Of a stretch of DNA of 25,150 bases, positions 22,271 through 25,150 are shown in pieces. The stretch's first letter is position 1. Each line of letters starts with the position of its first letter. Location of the stretch: NCBI GenBank assembly GCA_016931855.1, contig JAFGDZ010000041.1, positions 1 to 25,150 on the forward strand. The letters are read 5' to 3'. This DNA is from Bacteroidales bacterium (GTDB taxonomy: Bacteria > Bacteroidota > Bacteroidia > Bacteroidales > Tenuifilaceae). The translations under genes were made by a program, and so were the position numbers. The notes beneath the pieces are model-generated. The model was given only the letters and a program-made list of their open reading frames with translations. It was not told the DNA's origin and searched no databases.

Positions 22271-24602
22271 CAGCAATAATATTCTTGTACTTATTATAAA
22301 GGAACGAAATCACCAGTAGCAGCACTCCCAGCGAAACAAAAACAATAGTCTTTGCAATTGTATCTAAGTGCGAGATATCGTAAACAAATAGCTTAACCAG
22401 CGTAATGGCAAATAGCACAATGGCGCCAATGCGCAGGTGCTTCCGCTTTTTCCAAATCCCTAAAACAACTATGGCCAAAGCACAAATACCCCACAGGATG
22501 CTTAAACCCAGTTTATACGATTGGTTCGATTTGGCAATATCTAACCAGTTAAGCAGCTCGCTGCTGGCAATCCAAACAAGGGCGGTTAGTATAAATAGCT
22601 CGGCAGCCACTCTTGCTTTTACCCCTAGGTCTCCTTTTAGCAGGTTAACCTGTGCTAACCATAGGGTTACACCTGCAAATGCAAGCGAAATGTATCGTAT
22701 CCAGATATTAAAAACGCTATGACTGTAGTATTCCGATAGGGTTTGCTCTATGTAGCTCTCTCGTAGCTCGCTAAGGGCAAATAGTCCTTGGGTTAGGAAT
22801 AGCATTATGGCAATAAGGCTAATGGCAGTGCAAACCTTTCCAAACTCAGGGCTCTTTATCTTTACTTGATTGGTAAGGGTTAGTAGGGCGGCAAACAGTA
22901 GCGTGAAATTGGCTGTCCACACCCATTTTAGGTTGGAGTAGTCCTCGTTCCAGTAGTAGTTGGGGTATTCCTCTCCACTTGGCGTTATAACCAGCGCCGA
23001 GTGGCTGTACAGGTTATTCCAGTATGTGGAAATCTCTATTCTTGTTGATATGTACAGCGCTATTAGCATAATGGCAGGAGCAAGTATTAGGCTAAGGCGT
23101 TCTACTCCCTTGCTGTTACTGGTTGCGGCTGCTTTAGTTCTGCTTAGGTAGGTAATAAATCCAAATGCCCCGGTAAATAGCAGTGCCGATAGGTAGTTAA
23201 TGTTTACAAATGGGGTTATTGCGTGCTCTCCAGCCTCAGTAAATACTACGCTGCTCGTATTTAGCCAGTCGTGCGCAATGCTGCCAAAAGCAAGTATCAT
23301 AAGCGGATACGATAGCTTTTCGTATATATCAATGCTTCTGGTTCTACCTATCCAGAAAAGTAGCGCTGCTTCGCCTGCCCAGAGTAGGGTTACCCAGTTT
23401 CCGCTTAGCTGTACAGGTATGGCAATTGTTATAAACACCAGCACTAACCCCGATACTAGGTAGAATAGGTTTCTATCGGCCAGTTTCTGTCTGTAGATGG
23501 TAAGGCTAACCGCAAAGTGAATAATTGCGCTGATTAGGGTGAAAAGCCCAAGCAGGTGTTGCCCCGTTTCGTGGTTGTTTAGTATGGCGTACCCAAATCC
23601 GTAGAATAGGAATGAGTTAGCTAGAATTAGCCCAACATCATGAATCAAAACCTTTTCGCTGTTCCTAATTTTGTAAGTAACAAATATTAGGTAAAAGGTT
23701 ATAAAGAAGATTGACAGGAAGGTTAGCGCAAGCGCAAAGTTGCTATCCCCATTGTACTTTGCCGCAAACCACGATGCGTATATTAACCAGGTTAGCCCAA
23801 ACGATGAGTAGTAGAGCTCTTTCCAGTATCGCTTAAAGGTGATAGCAAGAATCCCTATATTAATAATAGCTACGTAGGAGAATAGAATGGCAACTCTTCC
23901 CGAACCATCGCTTAGTAGAAATGGTACTGCATAAGCGCCAACAAGACCAATGTGGGCTATTATCTGCTTATTGTATGTTAGCGCAGCGCCCACTGTGAAA
24001 ATGGTGAACAGTACCATTAACCCAAAGGCAATGCTCTGTGGTACTAGCGAATAGAAGTTGTATGCCGTAAAAGTTATAAAGTAGAGTATGGCAATTGCAC
24101 CGCTTACAAGTACTGCGCTGTAGTTCTCGTACTTTTGCTTTAGCTTGATACCTATCCCTAGCATCACCAAACCAGCAAGGTAGCCCATAATAATGCGGAG
24201 TACAGGGCTAATCAAATCGTGCTCAATGGAGTATTTGGCTCCAATTGCAACTCCAATTACGGTAATGGCAATGCCAATTTTGTTGATAAGATTCTCTCCA
24301 ATAAACTTTTCAAGGTTTCTCCTAGGCTTGCTAAGGGGCGGGGTTGGCTCCTCATTCAATTGTCTAAACGGCGCAACTACAGGTGTATCCTCGTTTATCT
24401 TGTTTAGGGTGGAGCTCGTTGTTAGGGGTAAGTTGTCCTGTTGTTGCTCTTTTTCTGTTGCTTGTAGTGCTCCCTGTTCCTTTTTTAGTGCTTGTATATC
24501 AGTTTTTAAGGCGGTAATGTCCTCTGTAAAGCGTTTGTGTCTTAGCAGCAGCTCTTCAAGCTTGCCCTCTAAGTAATCTAATCTGCTATTCCCTTTTCCC
24601 AT
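22254..24602 (-). CDS. DUF2339 family large polytopic membrane protein
   Basis: 782 aa. It has an N-terminal coiled coil (LEGKLEELLLRHKRFTEDITALKTDIQALKKEQ), a Pro-containing linker, the DUF2339-type entry segment EKFIGENLINKIGIAITVIGVAIGAKY, and then more than 20 predicted TM helices. The 3' end overlaps the next gene out of frame. Confidence 0.8.
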   Translation of the reverse strand: MGKGNSRLDYLEGKLEELLLRHKRFTEDITALKTDIQALKKEQGALQATEKEQQQDNLPLTTSSTLNKINEDTPVVAPFRQLNEEPTPPLSKPRRNLEKFIGENLINKIGIAITVIGVAIGAKYSIEHDLISPVLRIIMGYLAGLVMLGIGIKLKQKYENYSAVLVSGAIAILYFITFTAYNFYSLVPQSIAFGLMVLFTIFTVGAALTYNKQIIAHIGLVGAYAVPFLLSDGSGRVAILFSYVAIINIGILAITFKRYWKELYYSSFGLTWLIYASWFAAKYNGDSNFALALTFLSIFFITFYLIFVTYKIRNSEKVLIHDVGLILANSFLFYGFGYAILNNHETGQHLLGLFTLISAIIHFAVSLTIYRQKLADRNLFYLVSGLVLVFITIAIPVQLSGNWVTLLWAGEAALLFWIGRTRSIDIYEKLSYPLMILAFGSIAHDWLNTSSVVFTEAGEHAITPFVNINYLSALLFTGAFGFITYLSRTKAAATSNSKGVERLSLILAPAIMLIALYISTRIEISTYWNNLYSHSALVITPSGEEYPNYYWNEDYSNLKWVWTANFTLLFAALLTLTNQVKIKSPEFGKVCTAISLIAIMLFLTQGLFALSELRESYIEQTLSEYYSHSVFNIWIRYISLAFAGVTLWLAQVNLLKGDLGVKARVAAELFILTALVWIASSELLNWLDIAKSNQSYKLGLSILWGICALAIVVLGIWKKRKHLRIGAIVLFAITLVKLFVYDISHLDTIAKTIVFVSLGVLLLVISFLYNKYKNIIADDSEN

Positions 24603-24643
24603 TTTTTTAGGGTTTGATTATTTTTTATTGCAAGCAGAATGAG

Positions 24644-25150
24644 CTATGCCTCTTCTACTATAGCAAACCTAGCGTCCTCTTCCATTAGGTTGTAAACGGC
24701 TTGGGGGCTAAGCTGCCACCAGTAATCAAAATCAAAAAGCCATGCTATATACTCGCTACAGTACATTCTCTTTCCTGCATTTTTCTTCCCTCTGCCATGC
24801 CATTTCCCTGTTAATATATAAATGGGTTGCCATACAATAAGGCTAAGGAAATCATAAGGCGTTGAGCCAATTTTGCTAACGGCTTTAATCCTTATCTCTG
24901 TAGTAAACTCCTTGGGTCTGTGTACTCTGTAGCTATACGTGTACTTACGGTTCCATTCATCAATGGGTCGTAGGTTAATGCCGTCCTTTTGAGCGTCAAT
25001 AATAAACAGTTCATCCCATACCTCAATGGCCAATGCTGTGTGGTTAACCCTTCCCTTGGTGAACGTTCTAATAATTCTGCTTAGCAGCCTGTCGGCGGTG
25101 CAGTGCAGCACATCGCCGCTTTGTAAAAGTTCCTTGCTAAGTGTTTTCAT
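24644..25150 (-). CDS. YiiX/DUF830-like permuted papain-fold (NlpC/P60 superfamily) protein
   Basis: 168-aa ORF whose ATG falls exactly on the window edge, so the true start could lie outside. GDVLHC...RIIRTFTKGRVNHTALAI (His-containing N-terminal half) followed later by RMYCSEYIAW (Cys motif) matches the circularly permuted catalytic order of YiiX-type enzymes. Confidence 0.6.
   Translation of the reverse strand: MKTLSKELLQSGDVLHCTADRLLSRIIRTFTKGRVNHTALAIEVWDELFIIDAQKDGINLRPIDEWNRKYTYSYRVHRPKEFTTEIRIKAVSKIGSTPYDFLSLIVWQPIYILTGKWHGRGKKNAGKRMYCSEYIAWLFDFDYWWQLSPQAVYNLMEEDARFAIVEEA

Noticed and set aside
1-25150. I searched for tRNA/rRNA genes, CRISPR repeat arrays, transposase/integrase genes, terminal inverted repeats and toxin-antitoxin pairs.
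   Set aside because: I saw no periodic repeat-spacer pattern, no cloverleaf-like conserved tRNA motifs, and no ORF with DDE, tyrosine or serine recombinase motifs. The window appears to be ordinary chromosome rather than a mobile element.

Overview
This is a gene-dense chromosomal segment of about 25 kb with about 27 CDS. It looks like a Bacteroidota genome: several TAnnTTTG-type -7 promoter boxes, no obvious Shine-Dalgarno usage, Bacteroides-type ECF sigma factors, a FecR anti-sigma factor, and STN/CarboxypepD_reg TonB-dependent receptors. I recognise no rRNA, tRNA, CRISPR array, transposase or integrase.

Layout:
1. 268-5900 (+ strand): a rhodanese and a small zinc-ribbon protein that both end in His/Cys-rich tails, a DUF1801 protein, an AlkD-like DNA alkylation repair protein, a crcB(fluC)-DUF190 fluoride pair, and an arsR-arsC-arsM-acr3 arsenic operon closed by a bidirectional terminator.
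2. 5972-12231 (- strand): two uncharacterised envelope proteins, then ECF sigma, a small beta-barrel-like protein, FecR, and an STN-containing TonB-dependent receptor.
3. 12384-18410 (+ strand): a DbpA-type DEAD-box helicase with a DEFD box, a membrane-anchored AraC regulator, a CPBP/Abi intramembrane protease, and a second paralogous TonB-dependent receptor.
4. 18462-18811: about 350 bp of highly structured non-coding DNA.
5. 18812-25150 (- strand): YiiX-like permuted papain protein, DUF2339 giant membrane protein and DUF3999-like protein, then MarC, then a second ECF sigma with a multi-TM partner and a possible mini membrane protein.

Nothing here is a demonstrably new system from sequence alone. 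The best leads are:
- the conserved-unknown YiiX-like/DUF2339/DUF3999-like cluster;
- the vicinal-cysteine tails on the rhodanese, the zinc-ribbon protein and ArsC (the ArsC tail is encoded inside the arsC/arsM overlap);
- the structured intergenic element at 18546-18724;
- the palindromic and direct-repeat sites in the ECF and AraC-CPBP intergenic regions.

All family calls come from motif recognition by eye and need HMM or BLAST confirmation.
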